Notes: generated by a model from the letters alone, not told the origin. A stretch of 63,580 bases of DNA, filler included, from Chiloscyllium plagiosum (GCF_004010195.1; 6 parts of one record of this genome joined end to end with filler, not necessarily neighbours in it), one strand, 5' to 3'. Counted from the whole stretch's first letter, positions 22,380-36,539 are shown. Translations and numbers: made by a program.

Positions 22380-25300
22380 AATGAGCAGCCTCAATCTAGT
22401 TTTAAGTGGTCAGTGCCCCATAATCTGGATGCCCAAAGCTTATACAGTTTATATTGTCATAGCAACCTCACTAAATGAGGTCCATAGGTGGTGGAGATTT
22501 GAACCAGATGTTCCGAAGATAAAAGAACAGCTTTCTGCAAAGGACATCGCCCAACCCCCTTTCAAAAGTTATACTCCAGAAAGGATGATATGTAATGATA
22601 ATCAGTGGTGCAGGGGTTACTGCTTTGATGTTGGACTTCATGTACTATCTCTTGTTGGCAGGCAGTTCAATCACTTCATCAATACCACATAGATTGCCTT
22701 CCCCTAGCTCATCCAGCAAAATCATTCAGTAATAGACCTATGGTTTTTGCTCCCAAGACAGCGACACTGATATCCAATCTTACTGTCCGTGCTGTCCTTT
22801 GACATAAGCTAAGGGCTAGATTGGAGTCTCGGCTCAGTTCGTCAGACTTTCAACTGAAGAGCTTGTGGGTTCACTATCCCACTCCACAGACATGAGTACA
22901 AGATCTAGATTGGCAATCAGTGCCAGTATTAAAGGAGTGCTGCATTGCCAGAGATGCTAGGTATTGGGTGTTCTTTTAGATTAGATTAGATTACTTACAG
23001 TGTGGAAACAGGCCCTTCGACCCAACAAATCCACACCGACCCGCCAAAGCGCAACCCACCCAGACCCATTCCCCTACATTTACCCCTTCAGCTAACACTA
23101 TGGGCAATTTAGCATGGCCAATTCACCTAACCTTCACATCTTTGGACTGTGGGAGGAAACTGGAGCACCCAGAGGAAACCCACGCAGACACGGGGAGAAT
23201 GTGCAAACTCAACACAGATAGTTGCCTGAGGCGGGAATTGAACCCAGGTCTCTGGCGCTGTGAGGCAGCAGTGCTAACCACTGTGCCACCATATCACCTT
23301 TTTTTTTATTAATGAATAAAAATATGGTCTTGTCTACTCGCCACCATAAATTGAGCTATGTCTTGTTTGAATTTCAGTATAGGTATGATGCTAGATACTG
23401 GACTGTATGTCCCAGTTATTGACTGATTGGATAACACAGCATGTTGGTTTGTCATAATAAGCAGAGTACAGACCTTACTCAACCAGCCCACACTTGGAAT
23501 ATATGAAAGAAACATTTACTATTAGATAAGTTTCCACAATTGGGTAACACTTGTTGAACAATTCTAAGTGTGCTAAGAGCCACTCTGACAACCGTTTTAT
23601 GATAACCAGTTGAGCATGTAACATGCTTGATATAAGTGGCAACAGTCCTAAGCTGTATTACTAGGAAAAGGTGGAAGCCATAGTATTGGGAGGGAAGCTG
23701 GGGAGAGAGTGCACAGCGACTTCTGGATAGCTTGGAATTCAGTCAGCAGCAGAGAAGGTGCTGTTCAGATTTCGTCCTTCCCGTCCGTCATCTGGTAGAC
23801 AATTCACTTGATGCCTAATTGAGGGCCCTTTCCCACTTACTGTAGGCACTTAACTAGTGGTAGTGTCACTGCCTCATAAGGAAATAAGCCATTAAAGGCT
23901 AGTGTTTCTCTGAACACTTGGACTGGAGTAGGAGGCAGCCCTACTAATTGGGTATTCTGTTTTCCACAGAGGCCATTCACAGCAGCCAAGGGCTGACCCT
24001 ACAGAAACCTGACCTGTCCCAACCAATTATGATCCTCAACTCACCAGCACTACCTGGGTGGTCCGGGGGACACCAGCCCCCACATACTTCTGTTCAAAGG
24101 CAGTGTCCACAATGTTGCTCCTAGCTTGGCACTGTTCTAGCTGTAATCTCAGCTCTCTGTGGCACTCCTGGGAGTAAGGAAGCCCTCTGATTGGCCACAG
24201 ATCTGAAGGATTTGGAACCCCAGATGTCAAGTAGTTAATTGGCTGATAGCCAGAGAATGGGGTCTTGGCTACTGACTCAAAACAGCTGAGGCAGTGTTTC
24301 CCATGGCTTTCTGGCCCGCCATCAGAATCATCACTGTCTGATCAAATTTCAAACCCATCTGTAGAGAGAGAAATAGCGTTAACATTACAGATCAATGAAT
24401 TTTCACCAGACAAATTCCAATGCACGATTATCAGTCTAAATATTAACTCTCCCCACAGATGCTACACGACCCATTGAACATTTCCACCATTTTCTGCTAT
24501 ATTTCAGCATTGACATTTAATCCACATCATTGAATTAAACCTGCATAAAAGTTGAGTGATTTAAAAGCAGCTGAAAAAAAAATTCTAACCAATTTGATCA
24601 GGGAATTTGTAAAATCTGTTATGTGTTTGAATATGTAAAAGTGAGAGTGCAAATTATAACAATATGATTGTTTTGTGGATGTGGAAAAGCACGAACAATT
24701 CATCTTAGTCATATAATTCATCCTTGTTAGTGCTATGAAAGTGTATTTTTCAGTCATTTCCTAGGGTATGGGAAGGTTTGTGATCCTTATGGGCTCACAA
24801 TATGCTATAGAAATAGCATGTGTTGAATTCAGAGTTAATTGGCATAAGTCATCACCTACTGGGCACCTCCTTTGCTCTAGGGAAGTGAATGCCAGATGGC
24901 AGCAACCATTTTTAGGACACAGATATAATGCAGAGCTGGTCATGTTAGCTGTGGGCCATACAATAACATTGATACAGCTTCTCCTGTCCACCTCATGTCC
25001 TCTATTCATGCTACAGTGGAGCTTGTCAAGTTGTATGTTTCTTTAAAGATTTTCTAATAATACTACAGAGAATGCATTATGCCCTTGGAGGGCATGTGTG
25101 TCTCTAGCTGTTATGTGCACTGGGCTATCATGAGATGTGGAAATTCATCATTCACTCCTTTCCCCACCCCTACAATCCCTCAGTGAAAACTGAGCGCAAA
25201 TCAGCAAAATCATGTTTGGATTTAAATCCAGAAAGTAATTTAATGAGATTTATGAAACAAGATTGAGGAAATCAAATTGCTTCATCATTTTTCATGGGCC

Positions 25301-25560
25301 TTGATTTTCTGGAGCCATCAAGATCAGTATGCAGAAACAAAAAATTGTGCAAAGTGGTAAAAAGAGTTTTAAATTTCAGATAAATCCATAATAGAAAAGG
25401 TTTGTTCTATACAATTGAATGTGATTCACTTTTATTTGAATTCAGCCACTTTTAAATATTACCTCAGTGAATTAACACAAGATGTTGTTGTGAAAAGGCC
25501 TGTTACAAATTTCTGTTTGATAGACCCACAACTAAACCTATCTTGCTATAATACTTCTCT
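22380..25560 (-). pseudogene. SMG6: Decayed SMG6-like copy G
   Basis: YLKVAE ~ LLRVAD. ORF 24761-25009 SSALYLCPKNGCCHLAFTSLEQRR ~ LKAQHIAPKNGRPYNQLALLAVYTRR. SMLHAQ ~ SFLHAH. ORF 23309-23515 LLIMTNQHAVLSNQ ~ QLMTINMFAVHNSQ. VAVLGAKTIGLLL ~ AAALGLAMFSLLV; HLWTSFSE ~ DVWSTLAD. Confidence 0.75.
22976..23290 (-). mobile_element. HE1-like SINE
   Basis: TTAGA-repeat tail, shared core, tRNA-like head; homologous to 12542, 42515, 54323 and 56882. Confidence 0.9.
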
Positions 25561-25809
25561 CCAACTTTTGTTTGCTTTCTGATCCTCCTGACCTTTTCCT
25601 TCCTGTGTTCTGACTTTTTTTTCAATTTTAAGAGACAGCATTCTAAACGAAGTGATCATTGAAAGAGTGAATGTGTTGGTTTTCATCTTCCAAAGTTTTA
25701 TAAGTTCTGGAACAGTCCCAGCAGATGGACAGTGGTAAATCTAACCGTGTTATTTTAAAAAAAAAGGGAGGGGAGGATGAAAGCGGAATTACAAGTTGAT
25801 TAGCCTAAT

Positions 25810-26780
25810 GTGTGTTATTCACAAATTCCAGACAAGGCTCCCAGTTACAGTTCCAGATGGGATACCCGGGTCCTGGGTGAGGCGGGGTTGACTGACTCCC
25901 CGTCTTTACTCACCCGACCCCTTGGTTGAACACAACAATTTTAAAAGGATTCCCTTCCCTTGTGGATACCTTTCTCCCAAACCCAAATGAATTGATGTTT
26001 TAAAAAGAGCCTATTCAGCCAGGCTGTCTTGAATTTACAAAATAAACAGGTTTATTAATTGTCACATGAGAAGAACCACAACACACATTACAAATAAGAT
26101 GTGAGTCAAACAACAAGAAGTTAAAAAAAAGGATCATTCTAAACCTGTTTGTGAGGAGCGGTAAGTTAAATGTTGTGGATATGGCAGTGGATGTTATTGG
26201 TCGTGTTGACACTGACAATTAAACTGATAGGTTTTATGTTTTACAGATTGGTTGAGACTCTAGCTCTAATTCCTTTCAATTGTTATTGAGTTCCAGCATG
26301 TAGGGTGAGAGAAAGAGTCTTTTTGTTGTCCTGTTTTACTTGACAAAGGATACGGATCTTTAGAAAATAGGCGGCAGGTTTAGATAGAGGATATGGATCA
26401 GCGCAGGCTTGGAGGGCTGAAGGGTCTGTTCCTATGCTGAAATATTCTTTGTTCATTGTTCTTTGACAGCCCTTCAAAGAAGGGACTGAAGTAAGTCAAA
26501 ACAAACTAGACCTTTCCTTGAAAAAGATGTAAGGACAGAAACTAAAAAGCTAGTTTCAAATCTACTGGAGTGTGCTAGTGGAACTGAATGGTCTTGTGCA
26601 TGCCAGCCTGTGTTTGAGTGTTAGTGTGCTGTGAAGGTCCCAATTGAAGAACTACCCCTTGGTCACTCCTATGTTTGAGGTAAAGGAGGACCCTCTTTCA
26701 CTTTGATGCTGCAAACCAGAAAAAAGATAACAGGACAACAAAAGACTCTTTATCTCACCCTACATGCTGGAACTCAATAA
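25810..26780. mobile_element. Rearranged LTR-like sequence with internal inversion
   Basis: TTTATT (AATAAA on the - strand) at ~26051; ~52-bp inverted repeat at 26283-26335 and 26729-26780 enclosing a CR1 3' piece. Confidence 0.4.
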
Positions 26781-27199
26781 GGGCCATGTATATGACATCT
26801 ACAGCCCTTCCGCCATCAATCAACTTTGTCACCTCCTCAAAGAATTCTATTAGGTTTGTAAGACATGACCTTTCCACACAAAACCCTGCTGCCCATTACT
26901 GATAAACCCATTTTCTTCCAAATGAGAATAGATCCTATCCCTGAGTACCTTCTCCAGAAGCTTCCCTACCACTGACGTCACTGATGTCATTCGAAGGTCC
27001 CTTCACATCTGTAGGTGCAAAATACCATGGATCTATATCTCTCCAGATAGCCACTTAATTTACCTCTGAAGCTGTTTTTGGCTATATCAGCCCTGTTTTA
27101 AAAACGCCTTTTTGGAATTACAAGTTAAAAATGTCCATTTTACTTCAGGATTTTGACCTGTGAACAGGATACATCAGTATAACGGAAAATGCAGGTGAC

Positions 27200-27490
27200 C
27201 AGGGACTTAGAGTTAAGGTATAGGCAGAAGATTTAGAGGTTTATAAGGAGAAACGTGTTCATCCAGAGGGTATTGGGAAACTGGAACTCACTGCCAATAG
27301 GGTTGGTAGAAGCAGGAACTCTCAAAACATTTAAGAAATATTTAGATGTGCACTCACAATGCCAAGGCATACACAGCTATGGGCCAAGTGCTAGGAAATG
27401 GAATTAGAATAGGTAGGTGGTTGTTTTTGACTGGCATGAATTTGAAGGGCCAAAGAGCTTTTAGCTTGCTATAAATCTCTATGACTATAC
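27200..27490 (+). mobile_element. CR1 3' end fragment
   Basis: Similar to 21700-22000; ends CTCTATGACTATA. Confidence 0.7.
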
Positions 27491-27852
27491 GACAGGCAAT
27501 TTGATCATTTATATTATTGTTCATGAGAGTTTGCTTTGCTCAAATTAGCCGCCACAGTGCAACAATGACTGTGCTTCAATGGTACCTTATTGGCTGTAAA
27601 GCACTTTAAAATACCTTGAGGTCATGCAAGATGAATGCAACTATTTTTTCTCGTTTCTCTACCAAGAACACAGATTACAAATGCGTGCAGAGGTCTACCC
27701 TGCAGCTAAAATTAATTTTGACAGAGCAGACATCTAGATGGAAAATTAGTCTGGACCTGAGTGCTGTTCTAGTTGCCACAATGTAAAAAGGATCTGATTA
27801 AACTGCAGACAATACTAAGGAGATTTACATGGATGTTGTTGGATTAAAGTAT

Positions 27853-28345
27853 AGAGTCATAGAGTCATAGAGATATACAGCATGGAAACAGACCCTTCGG
27901 TCCAACCTGTCCATGCCGACCAGATATCCCAACCCAATCTAGTCCCACCTGTCAGCACCTGGCCCATATCCCTCCAAACCCTTGCTATTCATATACCCAT
28001 CCAAATGTTCTTAAATGTTGCAATTGTACCAGCCTCCACCGCATCCTCTGGCAGCTCATTCCATAAACATACCACCCTCTGCATGAAAAAGTTGCCCCTT
28101 AGGTCTCTTTTATATCTTTCCCCTCTCAACCTAATCCTATGCCCTCTCGTTCTGGACTCCCCGACCCCAGGGAAAAGATATTGTCTATTTACCCAATCCA
28201 TGCCCCTCATAATTTTGTAAACCTCTATAAAGTCACCCCTCAGCCTCCGACGCTGCAGCGAAAACAGCCCCAGCCTGTTCAGCCTCTCCCTATAGCTCAA
28301 ATCCTCCAACCCTGGCAACATCCTTGTAAATCTTTTCTGAACCCT
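27853..28345 (-). mobile_element. CR1 3' fragment (young)
   Basis: ORF 27989-28321 is near-identical to the translation of 21540-21870; TAGAGTCA tail repeats. Confidence 0.92.
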
Positions 28346-28444
28346 NNNNNNNNNNNNNNNNNNNNNNNNNNNNNNNNNNNNNNNNNNNNTTAATTAATTA
28401 ANNNNNNNNNNNNNNNNNNNNNNNNNNNNNNNNNNNNNNNNNNN

Positions 28445-28655
28445 NCAGCCAAACGAATGAGTGTGTCGGTGGAAGGGTACTGTTGGGAACGTTTGGAAAG
28501 GAAAAAACGGAGGGCTTGGAGGCCCTGGTCATGGCGGATGGAGGTGTAGAGGGATTGGATATCCATAGTGAAGATGAGGCGTTGGGGGCCGGGGAAACGG
28601 AAGTCTTGAGGAGGTAGAGGGCGTGGGTGGTGTCTCGAACGTATGTGGGGAGTTG
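28445..28655 (-). mobile_element. Penelope RT fragment
   Basis: LPTYVRDTTHAL and FTMDIQSLYTSI motifs. Confidence 0.85.
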
Positions 28656-28699
28656 AATGGAAACTTTGCGTTTCCTGATATTGATCTCAATTTCAGAGC

Positions 28700-29930
28700 T
28701 TATGGATGGCACAAAACTTGGGAGAATTGTAAACTGTGAGGAGAATAATGTCGAGCTTCAAATAGGTATTTACAAGTTGGTGGAGTGGAAGAACAGTGAT
28801 AGATGAAGTTCTATGTGGAAACATGTAATGTGATACACTTTGATACAAAGATCGTATGAACTAAAGGATAAAATTTTAAAGGGGTGCAGGAACAGAAAGA
28901 CCTGAAAGTCATTAAAGGGGCAGCATGGGTATAGAGGGCTGTTAATAAAGCATCCAGTATTCTAGGCTTGATAAATAGGGGCAAAGAGTACAGGAACAGG
29001 GAGATTATAATGAACTTTATATGTGACATTGTTCGATCTCAGCTGGAGTATTGTATGTAGTTCTAGGGGCCACAATTCAGGAAGAATGCAAATGCATTGG
29101 GATAGATTTATAAGAATGACTCCAGGATGAGAAACCTCAGTTATGGGGAATAGGTTGGAAAGGTTCTCCTTGAAGAAGACCAAGAGAAGATCTGATAGGA
29201 GTCTTCACAATCATGTGAGTGTTGACAAAATGGCTGCTGATTTGTTGAAGCATTGGTTTTAATTTTCCAAAACTCCCTAGATTCTGAGAAGATCCCAATA
29301 GATTGAAAAAAAGCACATGTGACTCCTATACCCAAGAAGGGAGGAATGCAGAAAGCGGGGAAATAGAGGTCAGCCGTTTTAGCATCTATCATAGGGTCAT
29401 TGCTGGTCTATTATTAAGAAGATTACAACAGGTCTCTGTGGAAATCTGTACCCATTCAGGAAGAGACAATGTAGCTGGCTAAAATGGAAGTCTTGTTTGA
29501 TTAATTTATTAGTGTTCTTTGAGGAAGTAAGAAGCAACAGGGATAAAGTGGACCTGGTGGATATGGTGAACTTAGATTTCCAGAATTCCATTGACAAGTT
29601 GCCTCATCAAAGGTTACTACACAAAATAAGAGCTCCTGGTGTAGAAGGTAACAGATTTGCAGGGGTAGAGGATTGGTTATCTAATAAAAAGCAGAGAGTG
29701 GGCATAAATGGGTCATTTATGAGTTGGCAGGATATGATATACAACAGCATTGACACCTCAATTATTTATAATCTATATAAATTACTTGGATGTGGAGACC
29801 AAACGTATGTTTATTAAACTTGCCGATGATATGAAAATAGCTAGGAAAGTAAGTTGTATAGAGGATATCTGGAGTCTGCAAGATGATATGGATAGATTAG
29901 TGAGTGAACAAAAATTTGGTTGATTTATAT
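28700..29930 (+). mobile_element. Two degenerate CR1 RT fragments
   Basis: LINLLVFFEEV, LDFQNSIDKLPHQRLLHKI, KQRVGING and KLADD motifs. Confidence 0.8.
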
Positions 29931-30114
29931 AAAAGTAGGACTGTTTCCTACAATTGTATAGTGTTTGAAGTCACATGCATGAACTGAAAATTGCATACAA
30001 TAATATGCAGGACCTTGTTCTTTGCATTCAGAAAGAACATTTACACACATGGCTTGTGACAACTCTATAGGTGACAGCCATTTTCTCAGGCCAGTGGCTT
30101 AACCATTCAAAGTT

Positions 30115-31245
30115 ATAGAGTCATAGAGATGTACAGCACAGAAACAGACGCTTTGGTCCAACTCGTCCATGCCAACCAGATATCCTAACCAAATCTAGTT
30201 CAGCACTTGGGCCATATCCCTGTAAACCCTTCCTATTCATATACCCATCTAGATGCCTTTTAAATGTTGTAATTGTACCAGCCTCCACCACTGGGTCTGG
30301 TAGCTCATTCCATACACACCACCCTCTGTGTGAAACAGTTGCCCCTTGTCCTTTTTAGATTTTTCCCCTCTCACCCTAAACCTATACCCTCTAATTCTGG
30401 ACACTCCCACCCCAGGGAAAAGACCTTGTCTATTTATCTTATCCATGCCTCTCATGATTTTATAAACCTCTATAAGGTCACCCCTTAGTCTCCAACGCTC
30501 CAGGAAAAACAGCCCCAGCCTATTCAGCCTCTCCTTAAAGCTCAAATCCTCCAACCCTGGCAACGTCCTTGTAAATCTTTTCTGAACCCTTTCATGTTTC
30601 ACAACATCCTTCTGATAGAAAGGAGACCAAACTTGCACGTAATGTTCCAAAAGTGGCTTAACCAATGTTTTGTACAGTCGCAACATGATCTCCCAACTCC
30701 TATACTCAATGCTCTCACCTATCAACTTTCAAGGAGCCATGAACCTGCACTCCGATGTCACTCTGCAACACTCCCCAGGACCTTACCATTAAGTGTATAA
30801 GTTCTGCCTTGATTTGCCTTTCCAAAATACAGCACCTCCGATTTATCTAAATTAGACTCTATCTGCCACTCCTCAGCCCATTGGCCTTTCTGATCAAGAT
30901 TCAGTTGTACTCTGAGGTAACTTTCTTCACTGTCCACTACACCTCCAATTTTGGTGTCATCTGTAAAGTTACTAACTATACCTTTTATGCTCACATCCAA
31001 ATCATTTATATAAATGATGAAAAGCCATGGACCCAGCACCGATCCTTGTGGCACAACACTGGTCAAAGGCCTCCAGTCTGAAAAGCAACCCTCCACCACT
31101 ACCTTTGGGCCAGTTCTGAATCCAAATGGCTAGTTCTCCCTGTATTCCATGAGATGTAACCTTGCAAACAGTTCTCCCATGAGGAACCTTGTTAAATACC
31201 TTACTGAAGTCCATATAGATCATGTCTACCACTCTGCCCTCAGCG
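30115..31245 (-). mobile_element. CR1 3' fragment
   Basis: ORFs 31002-31232, 30758-31099 and 30249-30725 encode RT and the ORF2 C-terminus. Confidence 0.92.
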
Positions 31246-31639
31246 ATCCTCTTTCAACTTGCCTGGTTTAATATTTAAATGAGGCTTAACAATTAACTGT
31301 CAGTCATCATTACCTGCTGCATTCTCTATGGCAATATCTGTACCAATCAAAGTCCAATTGCTAATCAATCAGCACTTTCCTCCTGTGCAGTATAAATAGT
31401 ACATTCCCTTTGGCTTTTCTTGTGAATTATCCTGATGAATACAAGTTGAAAAGCTTTGACAAAATGCATCTCTTTTTCAGCAATAGTTGAATCCCGTAAT
31501 GCTGACCGCCTTTATCATGATAAAAACAAAAACTTTCAAAATCAATTTGGTTTGCTTGAGCTATACTGTAGCAGCCCACTAGATGGGGCTGCCTACTGAC
31601 TTCTCAACATACAGCAATAGAAAATGGAGTTGTTCAATC

Positions 31640-34600
31640 ATCTTGACAGTTATTAAAGAGCAAGGGATACCGAGGAAAACCACGCTCAATGCCTCATTAT
31701 CTTTATCAGAATAATTTTGTTCCTCTAGACATTTTTCTTTTTTACAATTGTCACATTGTCTATCTTTTGATTAAATGTGTCAATCTGTTCACCTCCACCA
31801 TTCTCTGTGGTACTGAGTGTCTGAAAGGGTATAATTGTCTGAAAGAGTTAACACTGAAGAGTGCCTGAAGTATCACCCCCTATGGTGATATCATATAGAC
31901 TTGGTGGGAGGAGAACTGTAGCAGAACGTTTTCTTCAGCTAATAGTTCAGATAGTTCAGAATATCTTTGCGCTTCAACTGTTCCCATAAGAGGGAGACTT
32001 TTTGCCTCTGTCAGTGTATCTTTTTATTGTGTCAATGATGTAAGAACACTGGTGTCCCTGCACAGGTTTTACAATGTGTATCATAACAGTGTGAGTTGGA
32101 TGTAGTTGCTAACAGCCAATAAATGACAACTTTTTGCTAAATTATTGAGTGGTTTTCCTCAATGACCACCATCCTCAAAGGAGAGAGCTTCATACACCAA
32201 CATTCATTTTGAATTAGGCAACAAAAGACTTTCATAGATATACAAAGGTTTTATTGTATTTATTATTTATTTTGTCCATTATTTTGTCTGGTAAGCTTAA
32301 ATTTCCAGAATGCATTTGGCGAAGTGCCACATTAAAGTAAGCACTATGCATTGGATCCACTTTATCCACTTCCTCAAGACTCCAAAAAAACTAATTAATC
32401 ACTATTTCCATTTCAGAAAACCATGTTGATTTTCTTTGAATGGGTAGAGATTTTCTAAGTGTCGTGTTATAACCCCAATAATTTTTCAGCATTTTCCCAT
32501 TGTAAATCGATAGATTAGTAAAACATTTGTTTTCACTTTTTCCCCCTCTGGATCTTTTTCCTGTCCAGAAATCAACACCCAACTGTGGAAGAACTCCGCT
32601 TTATCTTTTTCAAAGAATAGACCCATCATCAAATTACCAAACACAATCACCAAATTACATGCACTGCTCACCAGTGCTTAGAATTTTTAGTGTAAAAATA
32701 ACCAAAATCAAACCAAAAGGCAAAACCAACGTGGGGGGAGGGGGGTGAATAAAATCAAAATGAGGTTGGTGGGGGAGATAATACATTCCATCTCTATAGT
32801 GCCCACCTGTTTAAAAAAAAATCCAGTTTTTTTTGAAGATCCAATTCATCAATTAGTAAATAAGAATTAATAATTGCTGCATTGTGATGATAGCAAAAAG
32901 TAAACAAAAATAAGAGGGTAAACAAGGGAAGGGTTAAAACAAAATGGTGTCAGTGAGGGAAATAATTCATTCCATTGCCCTAGTAATGCACACTTCTCTC
33001 TCTCTCAATGCTTTAAGGATATTGGGCCTGAAAGTAGCCAATTCTTTATTCATTCATGGGATGAGGGCATAGCTAGGCCAGCATTTGTTGTCCATCCCTA
33101 ATTCCCAGAGGGCAGTTAAGAGTCAACCACATTGCTGTGGGTCTGGAGTCACATGTAGGCCAGACAAGGATGACAGAGTCCCTCCCTCTCTGGGTCTTTC
33201 TAACAATCAACAATGGATTCATGGTTATCGTTAGATTCTTATTTCCAGAGTTTTGTTGAATTCAAATTCCACCATCTGCTGTGGCAGGATTCGAACCCAG
33301 GTCCCCAGAACAATACCTGGGTCTCTGGATTAATAGTCCAGTGATAATACCACTAGGCCATCGCCTCCCCTCCATTCCAGTCCCTCCCCAATGGGAGGAA
33401 AGCAGACATTCAAGAATCATGACAAGAACCCAGCTTTTATTCTTTTGTAACTCACCACCAAAATCATACAATTAAACAAATCAACAAGTAATACTTATCA
33501 AGCACTGAACCAGGACAATGCAAAAATATTTAAATGAAGGGAAGGTAGAAAAGAAGAGAGGGGACTAAATCAAAGTGGGATAGGAGAGGTTGTGGATGCA
33601 AGCCAGCCCTCACATTGCCCACCTCTCTCTGAAAGCTTTGAGTGTGTTAGTGGACAGAGTGCACTCACTCACTCACTGAGGCCATCTGGGCACAAACCGT
33701 AGAAGAGAAGCAGGCAGTCGGAAGTCATGTCAAGATTTTTTTTCTGTAGACCAACCACCGAATGACCCAGTTAACAAATTAAAGCAAACAACAATTTGTT
33801 AAGTACTGAGGTGGTGTATCAATAATGTAAAAGGAAGAGAGGAGGTGGGCTGTTGTGGTTTAGTGGTAGCATCCCTACCTGCGGGCCATGAGGCCTGAGG
33901 TTGAAGTCTTGCCTGTTCCAACGGTGTGTCATAACATCTCTGAAAAGTTTACTCCAACAATATTGAGCAGTGAAGCCTGAAAGGGGTTTGGTTGAGGTGT
34001 AGAAAGTTCAGTCGACGTTGCTGGGTCAAAATCTGGGAGATGGCTTCCACATGGCATTGTGGATGTCCCCATGCCAAATGGACTGCAACAGTTCAAGATG
34101 GCAGCTCACCACCACCTTCTCAAGGGCAACTAGAGATGGGCAATAAATGCTGAAGCAGCCAATGATGCTCTCATCCCAGGATTGGATTTAAAAAATGTTT
34201 TGAGGACATAGATAAGGAGAAACCTTTCCTCTTAATGGAGAGTGAATTACCAAGGGGCACAGTTTAAGGTGCTAAGGTGCAGAAGGTTTAAAGGTGTTTT
34301 GAGGAAAATGTTTTTCATCCATAAGTTTGTACATATTGGAACTCATTGGCTGAAAGGGGTTAGGGTTGGAACCTTAAAGATTTAAGTATTATTTAGATGA
34401 ATGCTTGACTACAGGCCAAGCTCTGAGCAATGGGATTAGTGTAAATGGATGTTTTATAGCATGAATCCGATGGATTGAAGGGTGTGTATGACAATCAACT
34501 CTGGAGCTGGCCTGTTTGAGCCTAAAAGGGACTTGCATTTCTAACACTGACTGTAGTGACAAACATACCCTCATGTTTAGCAGTAGTGCAGACAACCTCA

Positions 34601-36170
34601 TACAGTATGGTGATCACTGTTGAGGATTGCACCTACAACAGTGAGGTCTACATTCTCACCATGCTTGGGATAAAGACCTTCCTCTTGAATTCCTTATTGC
34701 ACTTATTAGTAACTTAATTATATTTATGATATCCTTAGGCAGGTCCAACCTGTTCTCAAAAGTTCTTCAGAACGAATCCAAGTGCATCATTTTGGGAAGT
34801 GAGGTGACAATTTAAGGTGTATGTTTTTGTTTCATTAGGTGAAGAAACAGTCGTGTGTGACTTTGGCACAGTTAAAAGGTGAGATGATTTGTGTATTGCA
34901 TAATTGAATCATTCTCATATATGTCCAGCAACCACAACAATTGGAAAGCATTATAAACCGTCTCCACTCTCATCTTGCCAACATAACAATCAGTCAGCTT
35001 TTATAAAAACATTTCTGTGTAGATCATCATTTGGTAACAGTATAAAATTGGAGTTAGCAAACCAGTTCTTCATTCTCCTCGACTCAATCCACATAAGGAT
35101 GGGCAGCTGTCTGAATCCACTTTCTGGTTTACACTATCACACAACATCACAATCTAGCCTGTGATGCAAAGTACTGTTGTCTAATTTCTCCTTAAAATAA
35201 GGTAGACAACTCCAAACAGAATTTTACGAATGAATTTTCTCTCTACGAACACAAGCTGGTACCAATGCAAAACAGTTCCAACTTTATTAGGAAGCATGCT
35301 AAAATAGCTTTTAATACACAACTTATTATCTCTAATCCTATTTGGCTCCTTAAGCTTAAAATACTTCCCAAGTCTTTTATAGATGTATGCAGTGGCTTTC
35401 TCTCTGGCTCTGTCTCTGTGTCTGTGAAGCTCCCTCTGAATGGTCAGCTGGTCTCTGCCTCTTGCCACGCAGGCCTCCTTGGAAGGTCTCCACAAGATTT
35501 GAAAGAGCTTGGTCTGCAGGGGAACCCTGTTTTTAGACCTTTTTGGATGGATTTCTGGAACTTTTTATAGTTCTGGCCAATCAGGGAGACACACCTAGTA
35601 GTTTGGATGACTTGCTACTATTTGTTTCTTTGTGCAGCAGGACCCAGTGCCTTTCTGTCTGGGCCCTTCCCTTGTTTCATGCATAAATTGTCGGGGTATG
35701 TCTGTCCATGATAACTGTTGCCTTTTACATTATGCTAATGTCATTAGCATCTGGCTGCAGTGTTTGCTTCGGGTCTGGTGTGTGGATTTTGTGACTTTAG
35801 AGTTTTACGTGGCCAATGTATCCAGCATCCCTTGCTGTTTGGCCAAGTTAGCAACGTATCGGTATTTGAGCATTGTCAGTGTAAATGGGTCGTTTAAATC
35901 AAAGTCTTCTCAAAGGATTGTGGTTGGTTCAGATCAAAACAAGCAGCAATGTAAAAGACTACAATTGAGTTGCTCAATTTTGTAGGTATGATTATTTTAA
36001 GTCGCAAGTCAGATCCTTTCAAATTATGCCATAAATATGTGACCCAGTTTATCAAATGGAAAACAGAAATAGTCCAGAAAGATGGAGAATCTAGTGTCTC
36101 TCCACATCAAAGCATTACTTTGTCATTTTCTCCCTCCTGTAATTTATTTTGCTCTTTTCTTCATTGAATA
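31640..36170 (-). pseudogene. SMG6: Decayed SMG6-like copy H (fragmented by insertions, ends in PIN)
   Basis: TYLWHN ~ QILWKN; PESGFRQLPILMWIESRR (~35075-35128) ~ PKNGRPYNQLALLAVYTRR. ORF 32486-32671 GNLMMGLFFEKDKAE ~ ESLMSLFEETKRKAE. ALSFEDGGH ~ LLAFKGGKY; LCRDTS ~ LVPDTN; SELSEL ~ NELDGL. Confidence 0.68.
33050..33370 (-). mobile_element. tRNA-derived SINE (family of 8808-9150)
   Basis: Reverse complement has TGGCCTAGTGG and GGTTCGAATCC boxes. Confidence 0.8.
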
Positions 36171-36539
36171 TAATTCTATGGGTCTAGGCCACATCCTTGC
36201 AATGTACGCTGCACTCATTAGCAAGGTTTCACCCTGAACCGACACAGCACACCCGAATGTACAGTTTCAAAGAGTAGGGAATTGTCATCCATCCATCAAC
36301 CAACAGTACAAATTACCCATTTGGTATTGAAGTGCTGTTTTTAGCAGTTTGTTATGAGCAAATTGGCTGCTACATTCCCTAAATTACAACAGTATTTGTA
36401 TGTCAAATAATTTCATTGGCTGCAAAGCTTGGAAGGATGCTATACAAATGCAAAGTGTGTCTTTTTAAAAATCTCTTATTCAATGTCATTTGCTCTGGCA
36501 TGATATGGTTAACACATTTGATTTGATTGTTATTGCAGT

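Noticed and set aside
33262..33370. tRNA gene candidate (A and B boxes)
   Set aside because: Continues into a SINE body shared with 8808-9150.
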